Part shown: positions 13,576 through 27,949 of the stretch, one piece after another
How positions within the stretch are numbered: the stretch's first letter is position 1
Layout: every line of letters starts with the position of its first letter
Assembly (NCBI GenBank): GCA_047967505.1
Contig: CM106538.1
Length of the DNA: 64,000 bases
Strand: one strand, 5' to 3'
From: Dipteris shenzhenensis
Taxonomy: Eukaryota
Notes under the pieces: generated by a model
Told to the model about the DNA's origin: nothing
Seen by the model: the letters and a program-made list of their open reading frames with translations, nothing else
Database searches by the model: none
Program-made: the position numbers and the translations under genes

Positions 13576-16500
13576 AATATTCTGTCACTGCAAAAAACAC
13601 AGCTTTTGCCTCACACGGGCAGATCTGCAAAACCGACGAGAGTGGTATTTCACCACACAGTCACTTCCTAGTGACGATTTTGCATCAACAGGCAATAGGC
13701 ATGAATCTGCAACTCCCAATATCTCTACACACAGGCATACGATGCAATTTCTGCGGCACCTTTCCACCGACTAGCCGCGCAGTGGTCGCACAGCAAAAAA
13801 CAGGGCCTTTTTCTGAGTGCCTGCGAAGGACTTCCGCCTTCAAAACGGGCCCCAAAACGGCCTCAAATCTGAGTGCATATACTGCGCTCTTGCCACACCG
13901 CGAAGGGCGTCTCAATCTGAAACAGTGCACTCCTGCACTTCTGGCTGTGCTACCTGCAGAGATTTGCTCCCAAACTCGAAATAGGAAAGCAACACTGGTC
14001 CTCTTACCAGGACACCACGAACTTGGCTTGCTTTCTTGAGCTCCTTACCACGAACAAGGCTCTGATACCATGTGAAGATAGTGGGAGAGAGGGAAGGAGT
14101 CTCACTTGATGCTTTCTCACATGCACAATGGGGGAATACACATGAAGGTGGAGGCTGAAAAATAGTTTTCCTCTTCTTAGTTGTGTAAGCCAAAAGAACT
14201 CAAATACAAAGAAATAGAAGAACCCTATATGTGGGTCTCAAACCAAACTCAACTAACTAAGGTGGCATAGTAACTGAGCCACGAACTAGTGTAGATAGGG
14301 ATAGCTGTCATCCAGCTATTATTCGTGGGCGGTGTACCAACCGCATCTCCAGCTAACAAGTCGGTGACATAAATGCACAACAGTCACCCTGGCATATCGC
14401 GAGCGGAGCTCGATATCTCAACAGCTTCCAGTCTTGGCTACTCCTTGTGGGAGCAATGCATAGCATGAGCCATCCGCAAGTGTCACTCAAGCAGCCTCCA
14501 GATTGTTGCAATGTAGTTTCACATAGAAAAGAGGGAAGGGGAAGAGGGGAGGGGAGAGGGAGAAGGAGGAAGAAGGAAGGAGGTGGAAGGGAAGAAGGAG
14601 AAGGGAGTGAAGGGGGATAGAGTGACAACCACAAAGGCACTACAATGGAAACAAGAGAACACCCAAAACACTCTCTTCAAAGAGAAGAGGGAGCTTGTAT
14701 TCAAACTTGTGCAAACAACAATGAAGACCAAACTCAAACTTTTGGCCTTTTATACAAGTCACCTTTTGAAGGGAGGCCAACCCTTTTCCTTTTTAGCACT
14801 CTCCCTCACTTTACAACCATGGGCTCTTGGGCTTGTAGGGTGCTAAGGCATATTGCAATTCTTACCAACTCTCCCTTCTAGCAGAAATAGCACTTGTGTT
14901 AACCATACTAAAGCGCTTGGGACAAACCTGGAATTAGGAGGTGGTCCAAACTGGTTTCCAAATAATGCTTGTGTTAGCCTCGCCACTCCTAGGCTCGGGT
15001 GATTTAGGGCTCAAACTCCCTGAGTGCCCTCACACCTTCACCTGTTTGGTGTTCAAACCTCATGAATGCAGCTCAAAACCTGGAGTGACGAGGCTAGGCT
15101 TCCGTGAGACCTTCAAACGTAATCCTAAATGTTGATAGGAAGACTTTTCTTTAGAATATTTGGGGAACAAACTCCTTGAGTTTGAGCTATATTTCTTCTG
15201 GGGCTATTTTTGTTAGTGTCACTATTTCCTATGGATGTGGAGCTGAACAATGCAAGGCACATGCACTCTTTGTGGTCCAAAAGTTTGCATCTCGTTGTTT
15301 CGACACCTCCTTGTTCCAAGCGGGGGCAATTGGAACATAAACCTATGCACGTTGCTTGGAATCTTTGGACTTTTGGGTGGGCTTAGGTATTTGGGGATCA
15401 ATCTCCCTGAGTTTGAGCTATACTCCTTCCGTGTGCATATTGCTTGTAATCATTGACCTTGGTGTGTTTGGGTATCAAACTCCCTTGAGCTTGTCCTGTT
15501 GAAGTAGATCATTCGGCTTGGTCACCTTTACTCATTAATTACCCTGCATTTGGTGGTTGTACTCTATGGATGTTAACATGCCCCCTTTCCTGTTGCTGAT
15601 TCAGCTACACTGGAGGAGGGTGGTGGAGAGGACTGACTACAAGATGGCATAGCGATCTAGTTGCCTAGATGTGAGGCGAGCAAGGTATGAGTGGTACTTC
15701 CAAAAATGGGTGGCATGCATATCCTCCTAAGTGCGGAGGTGATGCCCGTGGAGATTGCAGATGCGTAGGTAGAGGCGGAGGTCCTGGAACTGAGTTGGAC
15801 CAATGTCGAGGTTGAAGACAATCTGGTTGGTGAGATTGTGAATGCGGTCATCGATGGGGTGGCTATGGGTGAGAAGATCACAGAGGAGTAAGATGATGAG
15901 GCGATTGAAGTTAACAATGACAACGATGGCTGGAGCCATAGGTGTCACTGAATGACTTGAGGCGAAAGCAAAAAACTTCCTACATCATTTCTTTTGGGAA
16001 GTTACTTAGGAAAATTGTACAGCACATTGGGGTGCTATTGTTGGAGAGCTCACAGCCCAAGTCCAATGTCATTCCATGGGCATGTAGAGTGGGTGACTCG
16101 ATGATCGGGGAGCGATGCAGTAGTAGCGCAAACATTTCTCTAGCTTCAAAAATGGGATCCGCAAATTAGGCTACAGACTGACATCTACATCGATCACAGG
16201 GACGGGGGCATCAGGGGCGAGGTTATATCCTCCTCTTATGCGCTTGGGATGCTGTTGTTGCCAGTCATCAAATGACTACATTATGAATTGTGTGAGGGGG
16301 AGCACCTCTAGAATTTCATAGAGATGGAGGTTGGAGCCCTCGAGCTGGCGCTTCCAATGGTGCATTAGCGCACTATTCGGCAAGTGTTGGAAGGATTGCA
16401 AGTCTGGATGCCAATGAGCATCTTCAGGAGGAGACCTTGGTGGGGATGGCGGAGCTTCGTCATCAGCAAGTGGCATTGGCTCTGTCTCTGGGGGGCCTGT

Positions 16501-18552
16501 AGGAGTCGTGGTGTTAGTGCTTTGTACAAAATGTGCTGCTTTGAGTATCGTGTTGAATGCCTCATCAAGGTCAACTGGAGCGGTGGAGGTGATGGACGGG
16601 GAGGGCTTGTGTTGTGCAGTGGTGGTGTTAGAGGCATTAGAGGAGTACTCGAGAAGTGTTTTCTGAGGGGGAGGAGGTTGGGTAGCTTGTTGGGTGGGCT
16701 AGGTGGGATCTAGTGGATTCGGTAATGGAATATCTGCAGGGATGGTGGTGGTATAAAAGAGGGTGACTGCATTTTTTTCTTCATCCTTGGTTATTTCTTC
16801 AGGGTATGCTATGTGAATTGTTTCAAAATTGCTCACCAAGGAATCAAGTGAGTCTTGGAGAGCTTGTAGCACCCGATTAAAGAGTATTATTATTCTGAGG
16901 GGTTGGTAGGTGGTGGTCTGGTAGGCCGCAAGGTGTCCTTGAGCTTGGATTACTGAGACTCGGCCGTAGGTTTGTATCCAAGTTATGTCTGCATGCAAAC
17001 TTTTGAGAGTGCATATCCATGGCATGAGTTCTTCAGGCTTTGTGAGTTGCATCACCTCATCATCTGCTGCAGGATAATTTAGGGACTCAGTTAGATGACG
17101 TGGCACCAGCCTTGAAAGTTGAGAAGAATGGGATGGGCGGATAGGGTTTGGAGATCGAAGGGGCAAAGAAGAGATAGGGAGGTGGGCTGGAGGTCAAGAG
17201 AAAAATAAGGCATGGCTAAGATGGGGCGGCAGTGGTTGGGATTACGACAGAGAATAGTTTGAAGGGCGTTGGGCAGTAGTGGAGTAGTAAGGTCTACATG
17301 GAAGGTGAGGTTTTGTGCATGGAGTGCATCGAAATGCATTTGGAGGGTTTGGGTAATGGTGCGTGGTGCAAGTGTATACATGGCTAACTGTGCAGACACC
17401 TCCCGATACATTGTGAACTCCTGCTGCTCATAGTCTTCAAACCCTGACTCCTCCGTGTGGCTAGTGGCACACTGTCTTTCAATCTCTTCTTGGAGGGAGA
17501 CTGTGAGGCTCCTCTCTTGTGCTAAGAGATCCTGTAGGGAGCAGATCTGTTGGTCCAACATTGTGCATAGGGTTGATTCTACCTTTTTTATCTATTCCAT
17601 AAATGTCTAGACCAGGGATTCACTGGTGGCGAGGTCATCTTTGACTTTCATCAAAGTGAGCTCGAGCTCTTCTAGCTTAGCCTAGTAGTCTGCGACTCAA
17701 TATAGTGCGGCATGGCCTGTTGCTTGCACTGCACCATTGTCAACTAGATTTCCTGTGCTGAGAGCTGCTGGGCTTGGACAAGGTTGGAGGAGAGTTTTGA
17801 GGCTTGCTCCTACCTCCTTTGTAAGATCATGCGGGCGACTTGCAACAGTTGTGCCTTGACTTCAAAAAGGTTCATCTCCATGATGTCGGCATGTGAGAAC
17901 TATTCTGCCATCATATGGCTATAGCCTCCCGTTGCCCTATACTGGGGCACGCTACAAAATTGTATGGCCTCTTCTAGGCTTGGCCCATGTTGTAGAAGAG
18001 GTGCCTGTGGTGGTGAAGGATGCTGTCTCCTAAGGGGTGGTGGACACTGAGACAAAGGGTGTAGCAAGGGTTGTCAACATAGTTTTAGCTCCTGTACGGA
18101 GGCTGATTTCAAAGGTGTCATCGCCCTAGAGGTCTTTAATGAGAATAGGCCCTCCTTGCACCTGTTTGCCCTTATCTTGAGGACCTAACTGCTGCATGCG
18201 TAGTTGTCATTGCACAAATTCATGCAACTGGATTTCCTCATATTGGTTGAATGGCTGATTTGGTTCCATGACTTGGTTCCGGTTGCACCTGAGTGACCGG
18301 AGTGGCGCTTGGCATTGTCATCGCTCTCTTGGGCCTAGTTTTTATCTCTTCTTGCTCAGTTTGTACAAGACTGATGGAGGATTTCTCAGCGAGTCTAAAG
18401 CCAATGGGTGGATGCTAACTTTTGAGATAATAGAGGAGTGGCATGTACAACATTGGATTGCCAATGAAGTCCCTGTGGGTGCTAAGGTCATCTCTCATCT
18501 GGTTGCAGTAGTAGTTAGCCCAATTCGTCTCCTCAATGTTCACCATTCACAG

Positions 18553-18736
18553 CCCGGGGGGTCCACTAGGGTTTATCGTATGGTACCACGTGAGTGTAAG
18601 GGAGGGGGGTTATATAAGGGAAGAAGGTACATTTTATAAGGTAAGGTCCCGTAAATAGGGGTTAGAAAAGGGGAATTTTCATATATTTATTGCACGCAGG
18701 TGATGTCTCCTTATTACTACTAGTGAATCCCCTGTG
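18553..18736. mobile_element. MITE with 8-bp TSD
   Basis: Imperfect TIRs CCCGGGGGGTCCACTAG / CTAGTGAATCCCCTGTG; ATTCACAG at 18545-18552 and 18737-18744. Confidence 0.7.
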
Positions 18737-20073
18737 ATTCACAGCAAGATATTGGGCACCACGGATTGATGATGATCTCTATGTTTCACTTGAGTGAGCC
18801 ATTGCAGGTCTCTTGCTAGGCGCTCTAGCTTGGGCTTGTAGATGGTGTTGAACTAGATGCGGCCTCGGCACTAGTGGCAGTCGTAGGGACAGACTATCTT
18901 TAGGGAGTTGAGGCTCTTCTTTTGCTTGGAATATTTTTTTGCCACCACTGGCAGGTCGAATACTACCCGTACTGTGTTTTGATTGATCTGGTACTGGTGC
19001 AGGTTGCCTATTGCATCTCTCAAGACATCAATGTTGGTGTTGCTATCGTATGTCTTGAGGAATTTTGCCAGCAGCTTCATGTCTAGGTGGCATGGGAAGC
19101 GGGCTGCTACTCTCTGCAAGCCTAAAAAGTTAAGGGCTTCCACGACTGCCGAGTCTTGGAGAGCAGCATATGCTACTACAATGTGGTAGTGGAGGGTGTA
19201 TTCCTCACCCTCGAAGGCGAAGCGTGAGTGCATCATGCAAGCATCTAGTTCTTGGAGCCATGCTTCTCCCAATGGCGAGTGCGCTTGTGAATGCATGATC
19301 TTGTATTTGCCAATAGTTGGCACCGGGGTGTGCTTCCGTGTTTTTGTGGGGGTTGTGCCTCTGCTGTGGCTGGTTCTTCTTGAGTTTCCTATCTGGTGGA
19401 GGTTTCTTCATGTTGTAAATCCTCCAAGGGCATTTCGTTTGGCATTCGAATTGTGGCCAAAGGAGTGGTTTGAGAATTTGAGGGGCTAGTGGCCTTTGGA
19501 ATAGGGCGAGGATGGAGATCCAGGTGAGTCTCAAACTCAAAAAAGTTATGTTCAGACTCCATGGCAAATAGAAGTGGAAGTTACATGACGAGGGAATCGA
19601 CAAATGAGGAGGAATAGGCAGACATCAATTTGCTAGTGGGGATGGAGAATATGTGGGCAAGAAACTGTCATATTTTTTGATAAATTTTGATAGAGTTTGG
19701 CTACAATAGCTATGGCGACGACCCGGTGTAGGCTTGCTTTTATAGATTTCTATCCCCCTGATTGGTGAGATACTGGTATGGCAACGGTCGTTGATGGCGA
19801 CGGTCAGTGTGAAGTATGTTAGGCCGCGGCCAATGCCGCTACCCAAATGGCAACGGGGTGGTGCTATGTTGGATGGTGATGACCCAGTAGGGATCATAAT
19901 CACAACAATCGACGATCAACCTTTCGGGCGACGGTCGGTGGTGAATGCTTCAGAGATGGTCGGTGGGGTAGTAACTATGTAAAAATAGGAAAAAAGAGGA
20001 AGGGGGAGTGGGGTGGGGGAAATGTGGATGGAGCGAAGTGCACTTGTGTTGTGTGACGTGACAATGAGGTTAG

Positions 20074-23000
20074 TGTGGGGGTTAAAGACCACTGTACCTT
20101 AACCCCAGTTATGTACAATACTTAAACACAGATATATGGATGAAATAGAAGATTAGGGTGTTCTACACCCACCAAAACTTGTGTCTCTTAAGCTCCCTCT
20201 CACCCTCTTAGCTTCCGTTGTGTCCTCACAGTTGGTATCAGAGCTTGGCAGTAGAGCCTGGCGGTAGCATGAGCAGCTCAGTGTAGCCTCTAGCTTGGAG
20301 AGAGAGTGGTGCATCCCAAAGATCCTTGTTCAGTGGGAGGAGCTAGAGATTTTGGAGCTGCTATAGCAGTTGGAGAGAAAGGGGCAAAATCCTCTTGGGC
20401 ATTTGTTTTACTGGGTTGCAAAGTTGAAGGCGGAGGATATAAGCAAATCTTCTAAGACACACATATGTAGTAGCGAAAATATCTAGATTTAGAGATAGAA
20501 TTTTGACTTGAAGGCTTCAAGGAATTTGTAAATCAGATTGAGAGATACATTTTCACTTTCAACATTTCTATCATCCGAGTTTTCAGTGAAAAGTTACAGC
20601 TCCTGCAAAAAGTGACAAAATTCATTTCCTGCGAGGATTTTGTGATCTCCATATCTAGGCCCCCATTTGTAGTTCTAACACTTCCACTGGATCCAAAGTG
20701 ATCCAAAACTTCTACTTGAGAAGCTGTGTCCGGTTCCGTGAACTTTTGCTGTGGTGAATCTCTGTCTACTCCGACGTCTTCATTTTGCCATTTCCTCTAT
20801 GAGTGGGATCTCAACATTTGGGCCTCCATTTGCAGAGCTATCTATCCCATTGGCTCCAGGACTACTTGAAACATATGTATACAAAGTTGCTTGCCATTCC
20901 ATGAAGAATTGAGGGAGTTGTGATTATTTGTGTTTCTCCATTGTCTCTTTGAAGGAAATTTCTCAAAGTTTCCAAGACCTTCTCATTGATTGCCATGTGG
21001 CATTTTGGCCAAGGTTAAGTTTCCTAAGGTTCATTTTTACAAAGTAAATGCAAGGGTTGGCTGGCTCTTACTCCATCCTTGAATGAGATTTTGGAGTTGT
21101 GGCAGAAGAGAGATATCTGTAGATTGTCTTGCTAAGTTTGATTATGCACTGACACCCATGTTTTGAGAATCCTAGGTTCTACTTTCACTAGTGGTCATTG
21201 CCGTAAGGCCATGATTTCTTGGATATACCTTATGCAGATCACTCTGGTTGTAGTCTAAGCCATGTGCGCTCTTTTGTGGTTTGCATTGGGTTGCAGTGGA
21301 TGCTTTACAAGCCATTTGGATGCATTGCAATCCTTGTTGGATGTGTTGATAGGCCCAGATTGCCTTGTGGGATGCTTTATTGATGGATGCTTAGCGCACA
21401 GATGCTATTTTATGCTGAGGGATAACTTTGACATATTGCAGTGGATGCACTCTCTTGGAGTTCCTTTAAAACAAATTGCCCCTTGGCAATTTTCACATTT
21501 AGATGCACCTAGGCCCAAGCCCTATTAGAACTACCTAGTCAATGCCATTACGCCCTCACCTAGGACCTTGGCAGTTACTTCTCTTGACCATTTAATTACG
21601 CACATTAATTATTACAAAAGTTGGTCATCTAAGAGAAAATGCCCACCGATCTATCCGAGGTCATGCTATCTCGACTAGAGCATGTGCTATGATCTTTTGA
21701 ATGAGACATTATTGATGCTTATGCCCATGGACAATGTTTATGCTTGAGGCATCTAGCTCTTATTGGCATTATATTTGCCATTATTTTGTCATTGTGGGTT
21801 GACATTTTCTTTTGGGCCAGATTTGCTTATATGTATGCATAGTATATGCACATGATTTAGATGCATTTTGATGCTTTGAGCCTTGAGTTTTGGTGACACT
21901 ATCCTTCATTAAAGAAGACATATTGGGTGCACCTAGTATTTGGAGTGATTTCTCTTTCGCAAGTACTAGCATTTGGGATTTTGTTTCATTTGCATCATGG
22001 CATCCTCTTCCATGTCTGAAAAGGAGTTTTTCAGCATTAAAAAGTTTTATGGGACAAACTTTTCTTTGTGGAAAGAATAGATAAGGGATGTGCTTATTAA
22101 AAAGAAGTAGATTAAACCCTTGGCAGGGATTGAAGCTAAGCCAAGCAGATATGTCTGAGGATGATTGGAATGAGCTGGATGAACTAGCAAAGCCTACTAT
22201 TAGACTTCATCTTGCACAGTCAGTTTATTTCACAGTTAGTAAATGAGCAGACTATAAAAGATTTGTGGAAAAAATTGTATGCCACTTATGAGAAGGAAAC
22301 TGCCTCTAATAAAGTTTACCTCATGAAGAAGTTGTTTGAGCTGCAGATGAAGGAAGGAGTCTCCATTATTTTCAACCAGCTTCAGGAGGAGGAGATGAAT
22401 TTTGATGTGGAGACTAAGGCAATATTTCTATTATGTTCATTGCCATTGTCATGGGATACCTTTCGTATAGCTGTTAGTAACTCTGCACTTGGTGGAGTAC
22501 TGAAGTTTGATGATATTGTGGGTAACTTGTTGGCTGAGGATATTAGATGCAAATCTATGTATGGCAACAAGCAGGATGCAGCCTTAAATGTGCAAAGGGG
22601 CAAATCACAGTTCAGGGAGAAGTCCCAAGAAACAGGGAAGTGTTGTAGCAAATCTAGGGCATGAAACATTGAGTGTTACCACTATGGCAAGAAGGGCCAG
22701 ATGAAAAAGGACTGCTACAAGCTAAAAAGAGAGCAAAAGGATAAGAAAAATAATGCAAATTGGGGTGCAAATAAGAAGGAAGAGAGTCCAAGGGAGGACA
22801 AACGAAAAATGAAGATCAAGGAGATTAATGCAGTCACTGATGATAGTGACAATGACATTCTCTTCATGTCTAGTCTAACTACAGACTTGCTTACCACTTC
22901 AGATGATGCATATTCCCAGGATTGGATTTTGGATTCTGGTGCTTCATTCCATGTTACTCCCCATAGGGAATGGTTCTCCACTTATGACAATGGAAAGACA

Positions 23001-26000
23001 TGTTGTGTGCATCTTGGAAATAACTATGCATGTGACATAGTGGGAGTAGGTGACATAAAGTTTTCTTTTGCAAATTGGTCTGCATTTGTTTTGAAAAATG
23101 TGAGACATGTGCCTAAGTTGACCAAGAGTCTTATTTCAACATGTCAGCTAGATGATGCCGATTTTCAGACCACTTTTGGCTTTCAGATTTGGAAAATTCA
23201 GAAGGGCTCTATGGTTTTGGCCAGGGGTGCCAAGTGTGGGACTTTGTATCCCTTACATGTATCAGGGGTGTTTGATCATGTTGTTGTAATAACTGAGCAG
23301 CCAAGTACTTCTTTGTGGCATCGCAGGTTGGGGCACATGATCTAGAATGGAATGAAACTCAAGATTATGCCATTTGGGTTATGTACCACATTTGAGTTTT
23401 TCTGATTTTGAATTTTGTGAGCACTGTCTCTATGGGAAGAAGACTAAATCAGCCCATAAAAGAAGGGGAAAGAAAGAGCTTGAAAGGCTTGATTTGGTGC
23501 ATTTAGATGATGTGAACCCATGCCTACATGATCATTAGGTGGGGCTAAATACTATGTGACATTCATTGATGATGCAACTAGGAAAGTGTGGGCTTATGCT
23601 ATAGCTCAGAAGAGTGATGTGTTCCAGGTATTTCAAAAATGGTTGGCTTTGGCTGAAAATCCGTTAGGTAGAACGCTTAAATGCCTACGGGCTGATAATG
23701 GTGGAGAGTATATCTCTCATGATTGTCAACATTTTTATGATACATGTGGGATTAAGAGGGAGCTCATGTCCCCTCATACTCCAGTGCAGAAACTAGTTGC
23801 AGAATACATAAACCGCACCATTCAGGAAAGGTTGTGATGTATGCTTTCTAATGCAAGTCTTTTTGGTGGTTTTTGGGCTGAGGCAATGAAGACTACAGTG
23901 CATGTGATCAATAGATCACCTAGCAAGAGTTTGGATGGTGGTATTCCTGAAGAGGCATGGAGTGGCAAGAAGCCCTCTTACTCTCATTTGCGTATATTTG
24001 GGTGTGAGGCATATGCACATGTGCCAAAAGAGCTTTAGAAGAAGCTAGATCCTAAGTCTAAATGCATCTTTCTAGGTTATGGTGAAAGTGGAGAGATGGG
24101 TTATCGTCTTTGGGATCCAGAAGCAAAGAAAATCATATGAAGCCATGATGTGGTCTTCAATGAGACGAAGATGCATAAGACACCCATGAGGGATGTGGAA
24201 ATGAGGAGAATCACTTTCCACGATGTCAATCCACCTGCATATGTTGATAGACAGCAAGCTGTCCATGCATTGAATGTGCAAGAAATGGTGCACCAGGTAC
24301 TCCCACAATACACAATCAAGGGTAGATGATGGATCATCTATTGGTGGCAATGATGAGCCAAATGTGGCTGATATTCAAGCAGGACATCAAGCTGAAATGC
24401 CCTTGAGAAGAACATCTAGAGTGTCTAGACCGCCTTAGAGATTTGTTCCAGGGGTAGACTATGTGATGCTTACTAATTGCGAGGAGCATTCTTACTACAG
24501 AGAGGCTATGATGCACGAGGATCAGTGCAAGTGGGAGTATGCTATGCAATGATAGATGAGTTCACTCATAAAGAATAAGACTTGGGACTTGGTTTCTTTG
24601 CCACATGGAAAGAAAGCATTGCCATGTAAATGGGTCTACAAGATGAAGGTCACAAGTGATGATGTGCTTAAGTACAAGGCCCGTTTGGTTGCTAAAGGGT
24701 TCAAGCAAGAAAAGGGTGTGGACTTTGATGAGATATTCTCTCCGGTTGTGAAGATGACCACACTTAGAGGTGTACTTGGTCTTGTGGCAATAGAGGATAT
24801 GGAGCTTATGCAGATGGATGTCAAGACAACTTTCTTGCATGGGGATTTGCATGAGGAAATTCACATGATACAGCCAGAAGGCTTTGAAGAAAAGGGCAAA
24901 GAGCATTTGGTTTGCAAGCTGAAGAAAAGTCTTAATGGCCTTAATCAAGCACCTAGAGAATGGTATCACGAGTTTGATGCTTTCATTTGGTCCCAAGGTT
25001 TCAGAAGAAGTGAGGTTGATCACTGCCTCTACACTAAAAGGGCTAAGGATAATAGCCTAATACTCCTGGCACTTTATGTGGAGGATATGTTATTGTCTAG
25101 CAAGAACACTTATGAGCTTGATGCATTGAAGGAAAATTTGCATGAGGCCTTTGACATGAAGGATTTGGGACCTGCTGGTCATATTCTTGGTATGCGCATC
25201 GCACGTGACCGGACTAGAAAACTCCTTTGGCTTTCACAGAAGGAGTATGTTACAAAAGTGTTGCAGCGTTTCAATATGGAGGGGGGGAAGGTAGTAAGTA
25301 GTCCATTGCCTCCATATGTGAAACTAAGGCAGGCAGATAGTCCCAAAATCAGATGAGGAGAGGGCCATGATGACCAAGGTTCCTCGTCAGTGGTTGGGAG
25401 TCTTATGTATGCTATGATAGCTACTAGACGGACATTGCATTTGCAGTGGGAGTTGTTAGCCGGTATATGGCTAATCTAGGAAAGAGGCATTGGGAGGTAG
25501 TTAAATGCATCATGAGCTACATGAAGGGTATGAAGGAGGTGTGTATCTACTTTGGCAGAGGAGAGATGTGTGTATTTGGGTACAGAGATTCTGACTATGC
25601 AAGGCATCTGGATAGCAGGAGATCCACTTTTGGTTATGTGTTCACCTTTACAAGTGGTGCATTGTCGTGGATGTATCATGCATAGAAGTGCAATGCTTTG
25701 TCTACTACAGAGGCCGAGTATGTTGCAGCCACAGAGGGCTGCAAGGAGGCTATATGGCTTGATCAGCTAGTGCGAGATTTGGGCATTCATATAGGTGTAC
25801 CGACATTGTGATTCCATGAGTGCTATTCAGCTAGCACAGTATCTAGCCTTTCATGAAAAGACCAAATACATTGAGGTCAGGTACCATTCTATCAGGGAGG
25901 TACTTGAGGACAAGTGCATAGACCTTGTCAAGGTTCATATAGATGAGGTAACCTTGCAGATATGTTGACAAAGAATCTACTAGTCAGTGGTTTCAGTATT

Positions 26001-26226
26001 GTCCTATATTGATGGGCATTGGATCATTGGTTGTTCTCCCTTAAAGGCACATTGGCCTTTAAGTGGGAGGTTGTGGTGGTTAAAGGCCACTGTACCTTAA
26101 CCTTGGTTGTGTACAATACTCAAACACATATATATATGGATGAAATAGAAGATTAGGATGTTCTGCACCCACCAAAACTTGTGTCTCTCAAGCTCCCTCT
26201 CACACAGCTTTTCTTGTGTCCTCACA
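20074..26226 (+). mobile_element. Full-length but degenerate Ty1/copia element with short (~156 bp) LTRs
   Basis: LTRs 20074-20230 and 26072-26226; TSD GTTAG (20069-20073, 26227-26231); PBS TGGTATCAGAGC 20233-20244; PPT AAGTGGGAGG 26061-26070. Confidence 0.95.
21997..26030 (+). pseudogene. copia gag-pol with many stops and frameshifts
   Basis: WILDSGASFH, LWHRRLGH, TFIDDATR, ADNGGEY, YKARLVAKGF, QMDVKTTFLHG, LYVEDML, STTEAEY. Confidence 0.92.
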
Positions 26227-27189
26227 GTTAGCATGTGAGAACATGAGCACTTATAAAAAATGCAAGAGTGGACTCTAGTTACCTAATAGTGTTGATCATG
26301 TGTGTGTGTGCAGTGTGTTCAGTAGAGACTAGTGTGCTACTGGTGCATCAAGTGAGATGCCTACCATACTAACTCACGTAGACCTAGACATGATGGTTAT
26401 GATGAATGCGGTCGAGGCAAATGCCGTACTGCAGCATAGCGACGAGTGAGGAGCCATGTAGAGTATGTGTCCAGCTTGCTCTTTACCTTGGACACTAGAG
26501 GCACCTTTGTGTTGGACTTTGTTGTTGTTGCGGGCTCCGATGCTGAGTGTCTATCCCCAAAGGAAGGTCCTTGTGTAACTCTGTGTGGGGTGGAATTCAG
26601 TCCCTATGGGGTCTCTCGACTAGTGGTGGCGATGCTTGTGTTGAGTCGGACCACCCGTGGCACCATTGCATATTCGGTACCTTGAGGCTAGCCTATTGTG
26701 TCCATATCGTTGGTAGGTTCTTGTGGTACTGTATCCTCTGAGGACGTAGGTTCTTGTGGTGCTTCCTTCATCACCTTTGAGGTTTGCAATGCCTTCTTCT
26801 GGATCCAGGTGACTTTGTTGCCTTGGCCGCTTGAGCGGGTGGTGTTGCTCGAGCTGTTGGTGATGCATGGCGATGGATGAGGTGTGAGCATTGGACGCAG
26901 CTTCCTTCGGGTACTGCCTGTGTGTGGGGGAAGCAATCTCGACGTGGCTGGAGCTGCTGCTGATGCGTTACCATTCTCCGAGCATCAGTTTCGATCGAAG
27001 TGACATTGGGTTGTGAGGATAGCATCTTGTACTTGTAGCTCCCGAATCTCTTGAATGGTGGATGGTGGCATGGGTGAGCATGCAATGGCATTGGTATACC
27101 ACTGCGAGGAGCTTTGTGCTCATTTCAAGTTGGGACCTGGGTGGTGTGCTAGTGGAAGCTGGGCCATCCAGTTGTCTTTGCTGCATCGC

Positions 27190-27600
27190 TTAATTGTTGT
27201 GAATTAGCGAGGTCGGGGCTGAAGAGGGGGGGCTTGGTTTGCATAGTGGGACTACCACCGTTTGACCACAATTGGTAAGCAAAGCAATGTGGGCATGCCA
27301 GTTGACTTGGCAGTTGACAACGTAGCACCAGGTTCTTCCTAGAATAATTTGTTCTTTGGCGGCTTCTATAGGGAGAACATAAAAGCGTATATCCACAGCT
27401 TGGCGAACAACCATTAGACTTAGATTTACATAACCCAAGGTTTATAGAAGTTGGCCATTTATATCTCTTATTGAGGCAATAGTGAGGGTTAGGGGTACCT
27501 AAAGCTTTTCCCATACCTCTCGAGAGATGAAATTGTGGCTCGCCCCAGGGTCCATGAGTGCTTTGATGCGCATGCACAATACCAGTAGTTGAATAAGTAA
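27190..27600 (-). pseudogene. Retroviral-type aspartic protease remnant
   Basis: Minus strand reads IKALMDPGASHNFIS... and, further downstream, FYVLP...IILGRTW (DxGA and ILGxxW retropepsin motifs). Confidence 0.75.
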
Positions 27601-27949
27601 CCTGGCTAGCTCTATAGTTAGCTCATCCATTAGTTGAATTTGCTCAGTCCTTTCCTTAAAAAGGATCATTTGTCTATGCTATCGGATCTTAGCATTATGG
27701 ATTCTGGCTTCCTCAATGGCCTGGTGCTTCATCCTGGCCACCTCTGCCTGAGCTCTTTTTCTCTATGCACGGCTTGAAGGGTAGGGATAGTGAGTGGTCT
27801 ATATTATCTTTTCAACTTGCTTCCGTTTAGGCAGCCATCCATTTTTGTCCCATCAAGGGTGTCTATTTGGCACGCCCCTTGGGGGGTGATCGTTGAGCAA
27901 AAATTAATAGCAATATATTTTGCAATAGAATAGCAATATGTTGTTATTT

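Larger units (their letters stand above)
8915..14423 (-). mobile_element. Full-length Ty1/copia LTR retrotransposon
   Basis: LTRs 8915-9261 and 14071-14423; 5-bp TSD GCTTC (8910-8914, 14424-14428); PBS at 14059-14070; PPT GAGGGGGAG at 9262-9270; gag-PR-IN-RT-RH domain order. Confidence 0.97.
8596..15578 (-). repeat. 3' LTR (~1.2 kb when reassembled) of a minus-strand Gypsy-like element, split by a MITE and a copia insertion
   Basis: Pieces 8596-8616, 8872-8914 and 14429-15578 join into a homologue of 6527-7442. Polypurine tract GGAAAGGGGGCA (minus) lies at 15579-15590. Confidence 0.7.
15579..27855 (-). mobile_element. Degenerate internal region of a Gypsy-like (Athila-type) element, interrupted by a MITE and a copia element
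   Basis: Retropepsin remnant at 27190-27600, degenerate extra ORF with coiled coil at 15600-19600, PPT next to the LTR end at 15578. No RT or integrase recognised. Confidence 0.55.
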
